Source: Octopus sinensis (taxonomy: Eukaryota). Taken from it: a DNA stretch of 64,000 nt. Below the pieces are notes generated by a model. It ran no database searches and had not been told where the DNA came from. It worked only from the letters and a program-made list of their open reading frames with translations. Location of the stretch: NCBI RefSeq assembly GCF_006345805.1, contig NC_042998.1:199764001-199828000 (forward strand), written 5' to 3'. A program made the translations under genes and the position numbers. Of the stretch, positions 62,754 through 64,000 are shown piece by piece (position 1 is the first letter of the stretch; the number at the start of each line of letters is the position of its first letter).

Positions 62754-64000
62754 TTAGGAGCCCTTAATGTATAACACTACATGAATAATATTTTTCTATA
62801 TGATAATATTTTTGTCTTATGACTAATTCGTCTTTTTTGCTGGGCACCTGGTATAAATAATATTACACCCTTCTTGTTTATATTCGCATATTACATGATG
62901 ATTTATTCGTAAAATTCTTCCCGGCATGCCCTATACTGCCGTGTAAGTTTTGCGTCTGCGCAGAGATTTGAAAAGTAAGATCTTGCTAGTAGTCGAGATC
63001 AACACATGTCCCACATCGCTGCAGACCTCGATCAATTTAGGCGACTCGCTGACGAGCTAGCCTTAGCACATATTCTGTGTTTTGCTAGAAAGAAGCAGAA
63101 ACCGCGGTCGAGTTGTTAAAGTTATCGGTAAACGTTTTTGATTTTCACTCTCGATAAATTCATCCCCTTTTTGTGTTCCCCCACTCGGCATCTTAATTTA
63201 GGAGCCCTTAACTGTATAACTACATGAATAATATTTTTCTATATGAATAATATTTTTGTCTTATGACTAATTCGTCTTTTGTGCTGGGCACCTGGTAGTA
63301 AATAATATTACTACCCTTCTTGTTTATATTCGCATATTACATGATGGATTTATTCGTAAAATTCTTCCCGGTATGCCCTATACTGCCGTGTAAGTTTTGC
63401 GTCTGCGCAGAGATTTGAAAAGTTAAAATCTGCTAGTAGTCGAGATCAACACATGGTCCACATCGCTGCAGACCTCGATTCATTTAGGCGACTCGCTGAC
63501 GAAGCTAGCCTTAGCAAACATATTCTGTGTTTTGCTAGAAAGAAGCGAAACCGCGGTTCGAGTTGTTAAAGTTATCGGTAAACGTTTTTGATTTTCACTC
63601 TCGATAAATTTATCCCCTTTTTGTGTTCCCAGCACTCGGCATCTTAATTTAGGAGCCCTTAATTGTATAACTAATGAATAATATTTTTCTATATGAATAA
63701 TATTTTTGTCTTATGACTATTCGTCTTTTGTGCTGGGCAACTGGTAGTAAATAATATTACTACCCTTCTTGTTATATTCGCATATTACATGATGGATTTA
63801 TTCGTAAAATTCTTCCGGCATGCCCTATACCTGCCGTGTAAGTTTTGCGTCTGCGCAGAGTTGGAAAAGTTAAGATCTGCTAGTAGTCGAGATCAAAAGG
63901 TCCCACATCGCTGCAGACCTCGATTCAATTTGGCGACTCGCTGACGAGGCTAGCCTAGCAAACTATATTCTGTGTTTTGCTAGAAAGAAGCAACCGCGGT
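62754..64000 (+). mobile_element. Tandem array of ~445-450 bp ORF-less units, one hammerhead per unit: candidate non-LTR retrozyme
   Basis: TTAGGAGCCCTT recurs at 62754, 63198 and 63649 (periods 444 and 451). HHR cores CTGACGA at 63049, 63496 and 63941. The array runs off the window. Confidence 0.8.
63488..63566 (+). ncRNA. Type I hammerhead ribozyme (best-preserved array copy)
   Basis: Stem I GCGACUCG/CGAGUUGU (8 bp incl. GU), CUGACGA, long stem II (GCU/AGC, internal loop, UAGCAAACAUA/UGUGUUUUGCUA), GAAA, palindromic AACCGCGGUU, triplet GUU, cleavage after 63558. Confidence 0.8.

Noticed and set aside
62754-64000. CRISPR array or rDNA/5S repeat interpretation of the tandem array
   Set aside because: Units repeat in full with no unique spacers, the context is eukaryotic, and there is no rRNA similarity.

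Overview
AT-rich, microsatellite-saturated animal DNA made almost entirely of repeats. The SINE families and overall texture match what I recognise from Octopus (inference from repeat families, not a database result). I find no confidently identifiable host gene. The window holds about 30 tRNA-derived SINE copies from at least four families, several R4/Dong-clade (RLE) non-LTR retrotransposon remnants including a ~2.8 kb decayed copy, CR1 and RTE LINE fragments, three Tc1/mariner remnants, MITE/foldback elements and many Penelope-like element (PLE) pLTR remnants. The main result is an unusual density of type I hammerhead ribozyme (HHR) motifs: about 18 loci from roughly 9 unrelated sequence families, including recurrent core variants (CUGUUGA, CCGACGA). 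The best candidate for an undescribed system is the head-to-tail array of ~445-450 bp ORF-less units at 62754-64000 (running off the window end), with one hammerhead per unit. That is the architecture of a non-LTR retrozyme, predicted to yield ~450-nt self-cleaved/circular RNAs. A second notable locus is 1441-3590, where six elements sit in the same orientation, each separated by (AAT)n tracts, consistent with R4/Dong-type TAA-repeat targeting and a non-autonomous partner. All folds were derived by eye; none were computed or tested.
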